A stretch of 64,000 nucleotides of DNA from Dehalococcoidia bacterium (GCA_965219085.1 OZ244720.1:2624001-2688000); one strand, 5' to 3'; counted from the stretch's first letter, positions 25,477-34,871 are shown. A program made the numbers and translations. Notes: generated by a model from the sequence alone, not told the origin.

Positions 25477-25629
25477 ATGGGCAGACAGAGCGACCGCGAC
25501 AACCACGCGAATCAGCTCAATCCCAATAACGACGCTTACTGGCAGTCGCGCCAGGAAGACGAGCGCCCGCGGGGCTGGGATAACCGGACGCAAGAAGACA
25601 AGAAGCGGGACGAGACTCAGAAGAGCTGA
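25477..25629 (+). CDS. 50-aa hydrophilic small protein (below ORF-track cutoff)
   Basis: AGGAGGA RBS; MGRQSDRDNHANQLNPNNDAYWQSRQEDERPRGWDNRTQEDKKRDETQKS. Confidence 0.7.
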   Translation: MGRQSDRDNHANQLNPNNDAYWQSRQEDERPRGWDNRTQEDKKRDETQKS

Positions 25630-25674
25630 ACGGGGCAGGCGACCACCGCCGATGTCCCGAGCGACCCGACTGGG

Positions 25675-26133
25675 TCACTCATCTGAGAGTCGCGAGCGGT
25701 TGATCGCCGCGCACAGTTGCGCCTGGACCTCGCGCATCTGTTCCGGGCTCTCGTAGGCGTGGCGAGGCCAGAAGAACCCTCGGAGCCCGTCGCCGCGGCT
25801 CCTCGGCACGACGTGCAAGTGCAGGTGCGCGACGCTCTGGCTCACGCGGTTGTTATTCGCCACGAACGTCCCCTGCGCGCCCAGCGCCTCCGGCATCACC
25901 CACGCGATGCGCTGCACGACCTCGAAGAACGCCCCGAGGTCACGTGCTGGCAGGTCCGACAGCGTCTCGACATGGGCGCGCGGAATCACGAGCGTGTGCC
26001 CCGGAAACAGCGGACGGTGATCGAGGAACGCGAGCGTCCGTTCGTCCTCGTACACGATGTGGGCCTCGGCATCGCCCGACGCGATCGCGCAGAAGACGCA
26101 GCGCTCGCCGCCCGTCGCGTCTGGCGGCGTCAC
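25675..26133 (-). CDS. HIT family hydrolase
   Basis: CVFCAI, FLDHRPLFPGHTLVIP, HLHLHVVPR triad. Confidence 0.9.
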   Translation of the reverse strand: MTPPDATGGERCVFCAIASGDAEAHIVYEDERTLAFLDHRPLFPGHTLVIPRAHVETLSDLPARDLGAFFEVVQRIAWVMPEALGAQGTFVANNNRVSQSVAHLHLHVVPRSRGDGLRGFFWPRHAYESPEQMREVQAQLCAAINRSRLSDE

Positions 26134-27281
26134 CGCGCGCTCGTTTCGCCATCGGCCCCAACAGTGGACACGAGGATCGCCGCGATGGCGGTCGTGATCG
26201 GCACGGCGGCCACGATGCCCATGCTGCCCATGAGCGTGCGCACGATCTCCGTCGCGAACAGGTCGCGGCTGATCAGCAGCCCGAGTGGCTCGGGCTGCGC
26301 CGCGAGCAGCACGACGAGTGGGAGCGACGCGCTGACGTAGGCAAGTACCAGCGTGTTCACGGTTGAGGCAATGTGGTCGCGGCCCACGTTCAGCGCCCGC
26401 GCGAACAGCTCGGTCGCGCCGAGGCGGTCGTTGGCGCGCCTCAGCTCGAACACCGTCGAGGCCTGCGTAGCGGTGACATCGTCGAGCACGCCGAGCGCGC
26501 CGATGATGATGCTCGCGAGCAGCAGCCCGCGTGCGTCGATCGTGTTGTGCGAGAGGATGTTGAGCGCGATCGCATGCTCGTCGGCGAGCCCGGTCAGCTC
26601 CGTGAACGCCACGCCGAAGCGTGCGAACACGAAGACGAGCGCGAGGCTGAGTGCGGTGCCGCTGATGGCCGCTACGGTCTTCCAGTTCGCCCCGTGCGCA
26701 AGCACGAGTGTAGAGAACGCGATCACCATTGCGCCGATCACCATGGTCGCGACGGGGTCCCAGCCGGTGAGTATGGCGGGGATGATGAAGCGCACGATCA
26801 CGAGGAAGCTCGCCGCCAGCCCGACCAGCGACCACACGCCTCGCCACCGCCCCACGACTGCCACCAGTGCCGCGAACGCGATCACCAGCACCCACAGCGC
26901 GAGCGTCCGCGAGCGGTCCGCGATGTAGTAGGTAGTCCCGTCGGGCGTCTCGTTCGCCGTCACGAGCACGCGGTCGCCGGGCGTGACGTGGATGCCGACC
27001 GGGTCGTCCTCGGCGAACTGCCGCTCGATGGCGACCTGTTCGCCGCCGCTCAGCCGCACGGTGACGCGCTCGCTGCGGATGACGCCGACCTCGCTCGGGC
27101 GGCGGTCGGTGACCTCGACGGTGAGCACCTCGGCGTCAGTGGAGTCGGCGCCGAACGGGTTGAGCGCGGGCACCTCGAAGGCGGCGACCGCCGGCACGAC
27201 GGCGATGGTCACGAACAGCACGAGCGCGACGGCGCCGTAGGTGAGCGCATGCGTGTGGAGGAGCAAGGAGCGCACTGTCAC
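26130..27281 (-). CDS. YibE/F family membrane protein
   Basis: IIGALGVLDDVTATQAS, VGRDHIASTVNTLVLAY, EIVRTLMGSMG. Confidence 0.9.
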   Translation of the reverse strand: MTVRSLLLHTHALTYGAVALVLFVTIAVVPAVAAFEVPALNPFGADSTDAEVLTVEVTDRRPSEVGVIRSERVTVRLSGGEQVAIERQFAEDDPVGIHVTPGDRVLVTANETPDGTTYYIADRSRTLALWVLVIAFAALVAVVGRWRGVWSLVGLAASFLVIVRFIIPAILTGWDPVATMVIGAMVIAFSTLVLAHGANWKTVAAISGTALSLALVFVFARFGVAFTELTGLADEHAIALNILSHNTIDARGLLLASIIIGALGVLDDVTATQASTVFELRRANDRLGATELFARALNVGRDHIASTVNTLVLAYVSASLPLVVLLAAQPEPLGLLISRDLFATEIVRTLMGSMGIVAAVPITTAIAAILVSTVGADGETSAR

Positions 27282-27343
27282 GCGGGCAGTCTGCCCGCGC
27301 TGCACGCCCCGCGCCACCGCGCCGCGCGACGTATGATCGACGC

Positions 27344-27799
27344 ATGAGTGACGTCGCGGCTCCGCTTGTGCAGCGCCGGCCTTCGCCCGCCGTACCACGG
27401 CGGCTCCTCGGCTTCGCAGTACTCGCTGCGGTCGTCGCCTGGGCGATCGTGCAGGGGGCGCACTCTCACGACGGCTTGCAGCCGGTCGCCGCCGACCTTT
27501 CGGGCGCGGAGGTCTCGCGTGTCATCCACGTCGACGCGTCGACGGGGCAACTGGACCTCGAGGATGTCGCGGTCGCGCCCGGTGAGATGGTGGAGTTCGT
27601 GCTCGACGGCAGCGGGGGATCGGGGCACCGCTTCGTGCTCAACGGCCTCACCGGCGCCGCGATCCAGCAGCGCAGGGCGCCGAACGGCGACGTGATCGTG
27701 CGCGTGCAGGCGCCGCAGAGCGGCGCGCTCAGCTTCTTCTGCGCGATTCCGGGCCACGAGGGCCTGCACGGCAGCCTCGTCGTCGGGGTCGGAGACTAG
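27344..27799 (+). CDS. Membrane-anchored cupredoxin-like protein
   Basis: N-terminal TM; HRFVL and FFCAIPGHEGLHG copper-site-like motif. Confidence 0.7.
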   Translation: MSDVAAPLVQRRPSPAVPRRLLGFAVLAAVVAWAIVQGAHSHDGLQPVAADLSGAEVSRVIHVDASTGQLDLEDVAVAPGEMVEFVLDGSGGSGHRFVLNGLTGAAIQQRRAPNGDVIVRVQAPQSGALSFFCAIPGHEGLHGSLVVGVGD

Positions 27800-28587
27800 G
27801 CGGAACCCCTCGACGCACGCGCTTGGCCGGGCCGGCCGTGCAGCGCCGGCTCGAGGCCATGGGCACGCAGCAATTCGCTGTCACCGAGGATCGCCTCGGT
27901 GGGGCCGTCGCCGACGACCCGTCCAGCCGACAGCACGACCACGCGGGTCGCGAGGCCGCGCGCCATCGCGAGGTCGTGTGTGGCGATGAGCTGCGTCTGC
28001 GGCAGCTCGCGCAGCAACTCGATCAGCTCGTGGCGCGCGGCCGGTGCGAGCGACGCCGTCGGCTCATCGAGCACGAGGACATCGGGGCGCATCGAGAGCA
28101 CGGTAGCGATGGCGACGCGTTTCTTCTCGCCGACGCTGAGCCGGTGCGGCGTCCGGTCCTCGTAGGCCTCCATCCCCACCTCGGCGAGGGCGGCGCGCGA
28201 GCGCGCCAGCACCTCGTCGGCGTCGAGGCCCTGGTGCAGCGGCCCGTAGGCGACGTCGTCGAGCACGGTGGGGGAGAAGAGCTGGTCGTCGGGGTTCGAG
28301 AACAGCAGCCCCACGCGCGAGCGGATCGACCGCACCGTGTCGTCGGTCAGCGGCTCGCCGAAGACCTCGATCGTCCCCTCGCCGCGGATCAGCCCGTTGA
28401 GGAGCCGCATGAGCGTGGACTTGCCGGCGCCGTTCGGGCCGATCACGGCCACGAGTTCGCCTCGCGCGATGTCGAGGTCGATGCCGCGCAGGCCGGGGGT
28501 GCCGTCCGGGTAGTCGTAGCGGACGCCGCGCAGCCGCAGTGCCGGCGCATCTTCGTGGAGGGGCGGTTGGGCCCCGTTCGTGCTCAC
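27796..28587 (-). CDS. cbiO: Co/Ni ECF transporter ATPase
   Basis: GPNGAGKST, NPDDQLF, LSVGEKKRVAIA, LVLDEP. Confidence 0.9.
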   Translation of the reverse strand: MSTNGAQPPLHEDAPALRLRGVRYDYPDGTPGLRGIDLDIARGELVAVIGPNGAGKSTLMRLLNGLIRGEGTIEVFGEPLTDDTVRSIRSRVGLLFSNPDDQLFSPTVLDDVAYGPLHQGLDADEVLARSRAALAEVGMEAYEDRTPHRLSVGEKKRVAIATVLSMRPDVLVLDEPTASLAPAARHELIELLRELPQTQLIATHDLAMARGLATRVVVLSAGRVVGDGPTEAILGDSELLRAHGLEPALHGRPGQARASRGSA

Positions 28588-29372
28588 AGCCGCACCGCCG
28601 CCTGCACCGCGCAGCCGTAGAGCACCACGACCACCGCGACGACTGCCGCACCCACGCCCACGCGGGGCGTCGCGAGGTGGCGCTGCTCCCCGTCATAGCC
28701 TCGCGCGAGCATCGCCGCGTGCACGCGCTCGCTGCGCTCGATGGAGCGGACGAAGAGCGTGCCGACGAGGTTGCCTGCGACGCGCGCACGCCAGCGCAGG
28801 CCAACGCCGGCGCGGCGGCCCTCGATCGCGGCGCTGCGGCTCGAGCGCGCCTGGAGCATGCGGGACGCCTCGTCGGTGACGACGAACAGGTAGCGATACG
28901 CGAACTCGACCGATGCGACCAGCAGCCTCGGCAGCCGCAGCGCGCGCAGCGCCCGCAGTAGCGCCGGCGCCTCGGTGCTCGCCATCAGCACCACGGCGAC
29001 AACGACGGAGAGCCAGGACTTCCCGAGGATGGTCGCGACTGCCACTGCTCCCTCGTCGCTGATCGTCCAGCCGAGCACGGGCAGCTCGGCGATCACCTCG
29101 CCGGGCCGCGTGAACAGCAGCGGCAGCGCCACGAGCAGGAACGGCACGGCGAGGAGTGCGCGCCCGAATACGAGACGCAGCGGCAACCTCGACGCCAGCA
29201 CGACGACGCCCACGGGCAGGACGAGCAGCGCGAGCGCCGTCCAGTCGCCCTCGCGCGTGAACGTGATCACGAAGATGAAGGCGATCGCGGCGACCAGCTT
29301 CACCCGCGCGTCGGCGCGATGCACGAGGCTGTCGCGCGCGTGGTATCGCTCAAGGAGCGCGGGGACGGCCAT
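28584..29372 (-). CDS. cbiQ: Co/Ni ECF transporter T component
   Basis: DARVKL, AYRYLFV, RSIERSERVHAAMLARGY. Confidence 0.9.
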   Translation of the reverse strand: MAVPALLERYHARDSLVHRADARVKLVAAIAFIFVITFTREGDWTALALLVLPVGVVVLASRLPLRLVFGRALLAVPFLLVALPLLFTRPGEVIAELPVLGWTISDEGAVAVATILGKSWLSVVVAVVLMASTEAPALLRALRALRLPRLLVASVEFAYRYLFVVTDEASRMLQARSSRSAAIEGRRAGVGLRWRARVAGNLVGTLFVRSIERSERVHAAMLARGYDGEQRHLATPRVGVGAAVVAVVVVLYGCAVQAAVRL

Positions 29373-29387
29373 GCGCGGCCCGCCGCG

Positions 29388-29723
29388 CTACCGCGGCCCG
29401 CTGGAGGCCGCGCCGCCTCGGCGGTTGCGGGCCGAGCGCGCGCGCAGCACCCGCACGGCGAGCAGCGTGATGCCCGCCACCACGAGCGCACCGATCACGC
29501 CCGAGAGGACCGTCGACGCGGCCTCGTTGTCCACGCCCGGGATGGTGTAGTCGGGCAGCAGCTCGAACCGTGCGCCCTCGGCGCCATCGGCGAAACCCTG
29601 GTCCTGGGCGACGCGCTCCAGGCCGTCGGGGCTGCTCGACGCATTCGGCGCCAGCACCAGCACGACGAGCAGCGCGACGGCGAGCCCGCCCGCGAGCAGC
29701 GCGAGGTTCCCGCGACGCACCAC
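29388..29723 (-). CDS. PDGLE-domain Co/Ni transport component (NikN/CbiN-like)
   Basis: ASSSPDGLERVA, LLPDYTIPG, two TMs. Confidence 0.85.
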   Translation of the reverse strand: MVRRGNLALLAGGLAVALLVVLVLAPNASSSPDGLERVAQDQGFADGAEGARFELLPDYTIPGVDNEAASTVLSGVIGALVVAGITLLAVRVLRARSARNRRGGAASSGPR

Positions 29724-30421
29724 TACACCTCCGCCCGGGCATGCCGCGCGAGCAGGTCCGGACGTGCCGCGCGCACGAGGCCGAGCGCGCCCACGGTGAT
29801 GAACCCCTCGCCGATCCCGATCAGGGCGTGCACGCCGAGCATCGCGGGTAGTGCGACCTCGAGCGGCGAGGTGTTGGATGCCGCTAGCTGGAACGTCGTC
29901 GCGATCGCGGCCGCCTCGACGGAGAGCCAGGCGGCGGCGAACGCCGCCACGGCGGGCACCGCCGGGTGGAGGGCGCGCAGGGGGTGGAGCGCGCGGTACA
30001 CGGCCCAGCCGACCAGGACGGTGAGCACGGCCATGTTGAGCGTGTTCACGCCCAGGGCCGCCAGCCCGCCGTCCTGGAAGAGCAGCGCCTGCAGCGCGAC
30101 CACAGCGGTCATGACGATGATCGCCGCCCATGGCCCGAGCAGGATCGCGGCGAGCGCGCCGCCCAGCAGGTGGCCCGAGGTGCCGCCCGCGACCGGGAAG
30201 TTGACCATCTGGCCGGCGAAGATGAACGCGGCCATTACGCCCATCAGCGGGGCCGCGCGCTCGTCGAGGTTGCGGTCCGCGCGGCGCGCCGCGAGTGCGA
30301 TCACCGCGCCTGCGACCACCCACCCCGCAGCCGCGACCGGGGCGCTGACGAACCCGTCCGGGATGTGCAGCGCGGGCGCCTCGGCGGCTGCGATGACGGT
30401 GACGGGGTCGATGTTCGCCAT
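29723..30421 (-). CDS. cbiM: Co/Ni ECF S component
   Basis: HIPDGF, AFIFAGQMVNFP, GTSGHLLGG, HALIGIGEG. Confidence 0.9.
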   Translation of the reverse strand: MANIDPVTVIAAAEAPALHIPDGFVSAPVAAAGWVVAGAVIALAARRADRNLDERAAPLMGVMAAFIFAGQMVNFPVAGGTSGHLLGGALAAILLGPWAAIIVMTAVVALQALLFQDGGLAALGVNTLNMAVLTVLVGWAVYRALHPLRALHPAVPAVAAFAAAWLSVEAAAIATTFQLAASNTSPLEVALPAMLGVHALIGIGEGFITVGALGLVRAARPDLLARHARAEV

Positions 30422-30436
30422 GGTCGGGGCCGTGCC

Positions 30437-30877
30437 CTAGCCGCTCGCGGGGCGGCAGTCCGGGCAGAGGCCCGGGATCGCGAGGTGACGGATGTCGGCC
30501 TCGAACCCGGCTTGCTCGCGGATCTCGGCCTCGGCGAGTCGCAGCGAGGCGAGTTCAACCACCTCGGTGCGGCCGCACGAGCTGCACTCGATGTGGTGGT
30601 GCGTGGTGCCGGGCTCGTTCCACTCGTAGACGGTGGTGCCGGAGGCGCCCCGCAGCTCGGAAGTGAGCTGCAGGTTCGTCGCGGTTTCGAGCGTGCGGTA
30701 GACCGTCGAGAGCGAGATGTCGGCGAGGGGATCGTCGCCGTGCACGCGGTCGAGGATCTGCTCCGCGCTCTGATGCTCGTCGGCGTGGCGGAGCGCGCTG
30801 AGGATCTTGGCGCGCTGGATGGTCAGCCGGCGCCCGCGTTCGCGGACGGCCTGCGCGATCTCGGGTTCGCAGCTCAC
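30437..30877 (-). CDS. Fur-family regulator (Zur/Nur-like)
   Basis: RLTIQR, SLSTVYRTL, HHHIECSSC, CPDC. Confidence 0.9.
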   Translation of the reverse strand: MSCEPEIAQAVRERGRRLTIQRAKILSALRHADEHQSAEQILDRVHGDDPLADISLSTVYRTLETATNLQLTSELRGASGTTVYEWNEPGTTHHHIECSSCGRTEVVELASLRLAEAEIREQAGFEADIRHLAIPGLCPDCRPASG

Positions 30878-30905
30878 GGTCGAGCCCCCTTCGCTGCGCG
30901 GATTC

Positions 30906-30937
30906 GCTGCTGCGAATCTTTGCAGCAGCATTGTATA
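30906..30937 (-). promoter_or_regulatory. Palindromic operator just downstream of a TACAAT -10 element of the fur-cbi operon
   Basis: GCTGCTGCGAA-TC-TTTGCAGCAGC (11-2-11, one mismatch) adjacent to minus-strand TATACAAT. Confidence 0.55.
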
Positions 30938-31016
30938 GCACCCGTTCCGGCTATCAAGCGCGCGCGGGGACTATGCTCGCGATTCCGGGACGCGGGAGGA
31001 GGCCACCATCGACGCA

Positions 31017-31523
31017 GTGCTGATCGTCGTGGTGGTCGCGGCCAAGTACCTGCTGCCGCTGCTGCTCATCCCGTTCCCCTTCTTCGCGGGCTGGGGGAAC
31101 TTCATCCTCGACAGCGCCGACGGCGAGCTGCTGATCCCGCTGGGGCTCTCGGACCCCGTGTACCAGCAGATCGACAAGTCTGCCGACTACGTCACGTACA
31201 TCTGCATGGTGGTCGCGGCGTGGCGCTGGCCGCTGCGGCGCGCGGTGATCGCGCTGTTCGCGCTGCGCACGGTCGGCCAGGCGCTCTTCTTCATCACGGG
31301 CAACGAGATCGTCTTCTTCCTGTTCCCGAACTTCCTCGAGCCGCTGTTCCTCGTCTACGCCACCATCCTGCTGTTCAAGCGGTCGGACGCCGCGGCGTTC
31401 TTCGCGCGCCACGCGATCGTGATCTGGGTGCTGGTGATCGCGTACAAGCTACAGGACGAGTTCGTCACGCACGTCGCCAACGTCGACCGCTCCGAGCTGA
31501 TCGGCCGCCTCTTCGGCGGCTGA
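31017..31523 (+). CDS. Hypothetical membrane protein
   Basis: Hydrophobic helices; LDSADG..YQQIDKSAD motif, faintly CDP-alcohol-phosphotransferase-like. Confidence 0.7.
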   Translation: MLIVVVVAAKYLLPLLLIPFPFFAGWGNFILDSADGELLIPLGLSDPVYQQIDKSADYVTYICMVVAAWRWPLRRAVIALFALRTVGQALFFITGNEIVFFLFPNFLEPLFLVYATILLFKRSDAAAFFARHAIVIWVLVIAYKLQDEFVTHVANVDRSELIGRLFGG

Positions 31524-31594
31524 GCACGGCCTGACGCGCGAGGGCGGTGCCGGCCTGGGCGCCGCGTGCCGCGAGGGGCGAACGGGGTGTGGTG

Positions 31595-31669
31595 TGGAGC
31601 GGGAGATGGGATTCGAACCCACGGCCCTCTGCTTGGAAGGCAGATGCTCTACCCCTGAGCTACTCCCGC
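31595..31669 (-). tRNA. tRNA-Gly: tRNA-Gly(TCC)
   Basis: GCGGGAGTAGCTCAGGGGTAGAGCATCTGCCTTCCAAGCAGA...GTTCGAATCCCATCTCCCGCTCCA. Confidence 0.95.
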
Positions 31670-31766
31670 CCGGGGTGATCCATTCAAGCGATGAGGCCGC
31701 GCGCGGTCAATGCGAGCACCCGGTGCATCCCTCGCACACAACGCGCGCGCCGTCGAACATGGCCGC

Positions 31767-33044
31767 ATGGCAAGCCTGATTCGGCATCTGCTCCCGGCGG
31801 CGCTGCTCGCCGCCGTCCTGCTCGGCGCCCTCGACTCGCCGGATAGGGCGAGCGCACAGGGACCGTTCGAGGCGGGTGAGCAGGTCGTCGTGAGCGCGGA
31901 CGGCGACTGCCTCAACCTGCGGGCGGGTGCAACGATCCTCGCAAGCGTCATCAGCTGCGTCGCCGACGGCACGCTCCTCACCGCGCTCGGAGGGCAACGG
32001 GAGGCCGACGGCTACCTGTGGGAGCGCGTCAACTACGACGGCCAGCGCGGCTGGATGGCCGGCGTGTACCTCGCCCCGTTCACCGCCCCGGATGACACAG
32101 AGGATGACGGGGAGGACGACGGCGACGACGCGATCGACGGTGACGAGGACGGCGAGGACACGACGCCGCCCGCGCCGCAGGAGCCGCGCGTGCTCGCGGT
32201 CCCGCCGCCCGGCGGGTTCACGCTCGGACCGATCGGCGCCACGGACCTCGATGCCTTCGCGGAGGCTCAGTCGTTCGAGGTGTCCGCGATCTGGTTCTTC
32301 CGGCTGGGCACGCAGGACTACGTGAGCTACATCCCCGGAGCGCCTGCATTCGTCAACACCCTCGATACCTCCTCGCTGCGGCCCGACAGCATCGTCATCG
32401 TGTCGCGTCGGGGAGGCGAGGAGGGTGAGACCGTCGAGCCGCCCGCCGCGACGGACGACCCGGTCACCGGCGACGCGAACGCGCTGCCCTCGCCGCCGTC
32501 CAACGGGCTGACGCTCGGCGTCTCCGGCACGAACGACCCCGCAACGCTCGCAGCCGCCCAGCCGTTCGAGGTCCGGCTCATCGCGCTGCTCGATGTGCCC
32601 TCGCAGCAGTGGGTGACGTACGTCCCCGGCGCACCCGACATCGTGCAGACGCTCGGACGCGGGCAGCTGCAGCCGGACTCCGTGGTCTGGATCCGCGCGG
32701 GAGCCGTGGTGGAGGTCGTGGAAACGGTTCACGCTACGCTCAGCTACTACTACTGCAACCAGGGAACACTCGCGGCGTCGATCGGTGACGGGGGCGGGTT
32801 CTGCGGCGCGATGGCCAGCGGCGAGATCGTGCACGAGGGGGCCGCCGCCTGCGCCCAGCAGTTCCTGTGGCAGCGGTTCCGGGTCGTCGGCGATCCGCGC
32901 GGTCTGATCTACACGTGCAAGGACACGGGCAGCGCCGTCCACGGCCATCACCGCGACATCTTTTTCCACAACAGCGACGACGGCTACCGGTGGATCGTCG
33001 AGGTCGGCTACACGGCCCAGATCGAGATTCTCGCCGACGAGTAA
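31767..33044 (+). CDS. Secreted SH3b + two repeat domains + 3D-like domain protein
   Basis: Signal peptide; CLNLRAG..WERVNYDGQRGWMAGVYL; two Y(I/V)PGAP repeats; YTCKDTGSAVHGHHRDIF. Confidence 0.75.
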   Translation: MASLIRHLLPAALLAAVLLGALDSPDRASAQGPFEAGEQVVVSADGDCLNLRAGATILASVISCVADGTLLTALGGQREADGYLWERVNYDGQRGWMAGVYLAPFTAPDDTEDDGEDDGDDAIDGDEDGEDTTPPAPQEPRVLAVPPPGGFTLGPIGATDLDAFAEAQSFEVSAIWFFRLGTQDYVSYIPGAPAFVNTLDTSSLRPDSIVIVSRRGGEEGETVEPPAATDDPVTGDANALPSPPSNGLTLGVSGTNDPATLAAAQPFEVRLIALLDVPSQQWVTYVPGAPDIVQTLGRGQLQPDSVVWIRAGAVVEVVETVHATLSYYYCNQGTLAASIGDGGGFCGAMASGEIVHEGAAACAQQFLWQRFRVVGDPRGLIYTCKDTGSAVHGHHRDIFFHNSDDGYRWIVEVGYTAQIEILADE

Positions 33045-33113
33045 CACCCACCGCCCCGGCCTCGACGAGGGGAACCGGTGGGGCTACTGTGTGGCCGCTC
33101 GAAGGAGTTTCAC

Positions 33114-33908
33114 ATGCCTGATGTCGACCTCGACGGCGTGACCATTCACTACGAGGAAGCCGGCGACGGACCGCTCGCGTACGTCTACTGCCACGGGCTC
33201 GGCTCGAACGGCGCGATGTTCGTGCAGGAGGACCTCCCGTGGTACGCGGAGCACTTCCGCGCGATCGCCTGGGACCAGCGCGGGCTTGGCGAGTCCGGTC
33301 AGGCCGCGAAGTACTCCTTGCCGCTGTACGCGGCCGACCTCGCCAACCTGCTCGACCACCTCGAGGTCGAACAGGCGGTGGTCTTCGGCGTCTCCTGGGG
33401 CGGCTACCTCGTCCAGCGCTTCGCGCTCGACTTCCCCGAGCGCTGCGCGGCGCTCGTGATCGACTCCTCGTCGAGCGAGGTGAACGCGACGAGTTCGCAG
33501 GACTGGTACCAGCGCGGCGAATTCGCCCGCCTCGGGGCGAAGGCCCTCGCGGGGCAGAGCTTCGAAGCGGCGTTCGAGGGGCACCGCGCCCTCGATGCCT
33601 CGAACGCGCCCGAAGTGGCGCCCGAGCACGTCGACTCGTTTGTGGCGCAGGCCCGCACCATCGCCGGGACGCGCGAACACCCCCTCACCGGCGAGCTGCA
33701 CCGCATCGCCTGCCCGACGCTCGTCGTCGGCGGGGGCAACGATGTGGTGGCCGGCGCGGGCGGCTCCGTGGTGCTCGGGCGCAACATCCCCGGCGCACGC
33801 ACGGAGATCGTGCAGGACGCGGGACACGGCGTGTACCGCGACAAGCGCGAGACGTTCCGGCCGCTGTTGCTCGAATTCCTCGCCGACAACGGCCTGCTCA
33901 GCGAGTAA
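33114..33908 (+). CDS. Alpha/beta hydrolase
   Basis: HGLG, DQRGLG, GVSWGG nucleophile elbow, GND, AGHG. Confidence 0.9.
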   Translation: MPDVDLDGVTIHYEEAGDGPLAYVYCHGLGSNGAMFVQEDLPWYAEHFRAIAWDQRGLGESGQAAKYSLPLYAADLANLLDHLEVEQAVVFGVSWGGYLVQRFALDFPERCAALVIDSSSSEVNATSSQDWYQRGEFARLGAKALAGQSFEAAFEGHRALDASNAPEVAPEHVDSFVAQARTIAGTREHPLTGELHRIACPTLVVGGGNDVVAGAGGSVVLGRNIPGARTEIVQDAGHGVYRDKRETFRPLLLEFLADNGLLSE

Positions 33909-33918
33909 GGGGTGACCC

Positions 33919-34308
33919 GTGGCGCTCGACCTGTCCAACCTCGGCGATGACGTGCTCGCGTTCCTTTCCGAGTACCACCTCGCCACGCTCACCACGCTGC
34001 GCGCCGACGGCAGCCCGCACGTCGTGCCGGTGGGGTTCAGCTACGACCCCTCGGACCGCACGGCGCGCGTGATCACGTCCGGCGGTTCGCAGAAGGCGCG
34101 CAACATCGGCGGGGGTGGATCGGCGGTGCTCGCGCAGGTCGACGGCGGGCGCTGGCTCTCGCTTGAGGGCGAGGCGCGCGTCGTACGCGACGCGGACGGC
34201 GTCGCGCGCGCCGTCGACGCCTACGCGAGCCGCTACGGCCAGCCGGGCGAGAGTTCCACTCGCGTCGGTATCGAGGTGTCGGTGACGCGGATGATGGGCA
34301 ACGCGTAG
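33919..34308 (+). CDS. PPOX-class (F420-dependent) oxidoreductase
   Basis: [31 protein letters not shown]. Confidence 0.85.
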   Translation: MALDLSNLGDDVLAFLSEYHLATLTTLRADGSPHVVPVGFSYDPSDRTARVITSGGSQKARNIGGGGSAVLAQVDGGRWLSLEGEARVVRDADGVARAVDAYASRYGQPGESSTRVGIEVSVTRMMGNA

Positions 34309-34396
34309 CGGCAGAGCACCGCGGCTACGAGGTTGCGCCCCGTCAGGCGCGCCTCGCAGCCCGCTCCTCCCGGATACCCTCGCAAATCGTGCGGAA

Positions 34397-34871
34397 CTAC
34401 TGTCTCAGGTTCAGGAGTTCGAGGTCGTCACCGTCGGACAACTGCGCGATCAGTTCGCTGATCGGCCGGCTCACCTGCGCGCCGTGTCGCGGGAAGAGCA
34501 GACCGACGCGCTCGATCGCGTACTCGTCCATGCGGCGCAGGCCGGGGTCAACGCGAAGTCATGCACTTCTTGAGGCGGCTCGGGGGCAGCGCAATTGGGA
34601 TTCGGTCCGGCCTGACCACAAAGGGGACCCCTTTTCTCGCAACGAGGTCTCGCCATGGCGTGTGATCGAAGTGGTGGCGGAAGCGGTAGTCAATTGCCGT
34701 CCCGATCTGGCGATAGGCGGCGCGAGGGGCGGCATTGCCGAGGCGGATGAGCGCGGGCGCGGAGAGCGCCTCGCTACACTCGTCGAGCGCGCTGTCGGTA
34801 GTCGGGAACGTCTCGCTGAAGAACTGCCAGACCGGTGACTGCTTCTTTTCGAGTTGAGAAGTCAGGCTCAG
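34397..34871 (-). pseudogene. Internally deleted gene, possibly PD-(D/E)XK nuclease-like
   Basis: N-fragment (L/M)SLTSQLEKKQSPVWQFF..IGTAIDYRFR (34871-34548) and out-of-frame C-fragment DEYAIERVGLLFPRHG..PISELIAQL. Confidence 0.45.

Noticed and set aside
30422-30960. Cobalamin riboswitch upstream of the cbi genes
   Set aside because: Space is occupied by the fur CDS; no B12-box consensus seen
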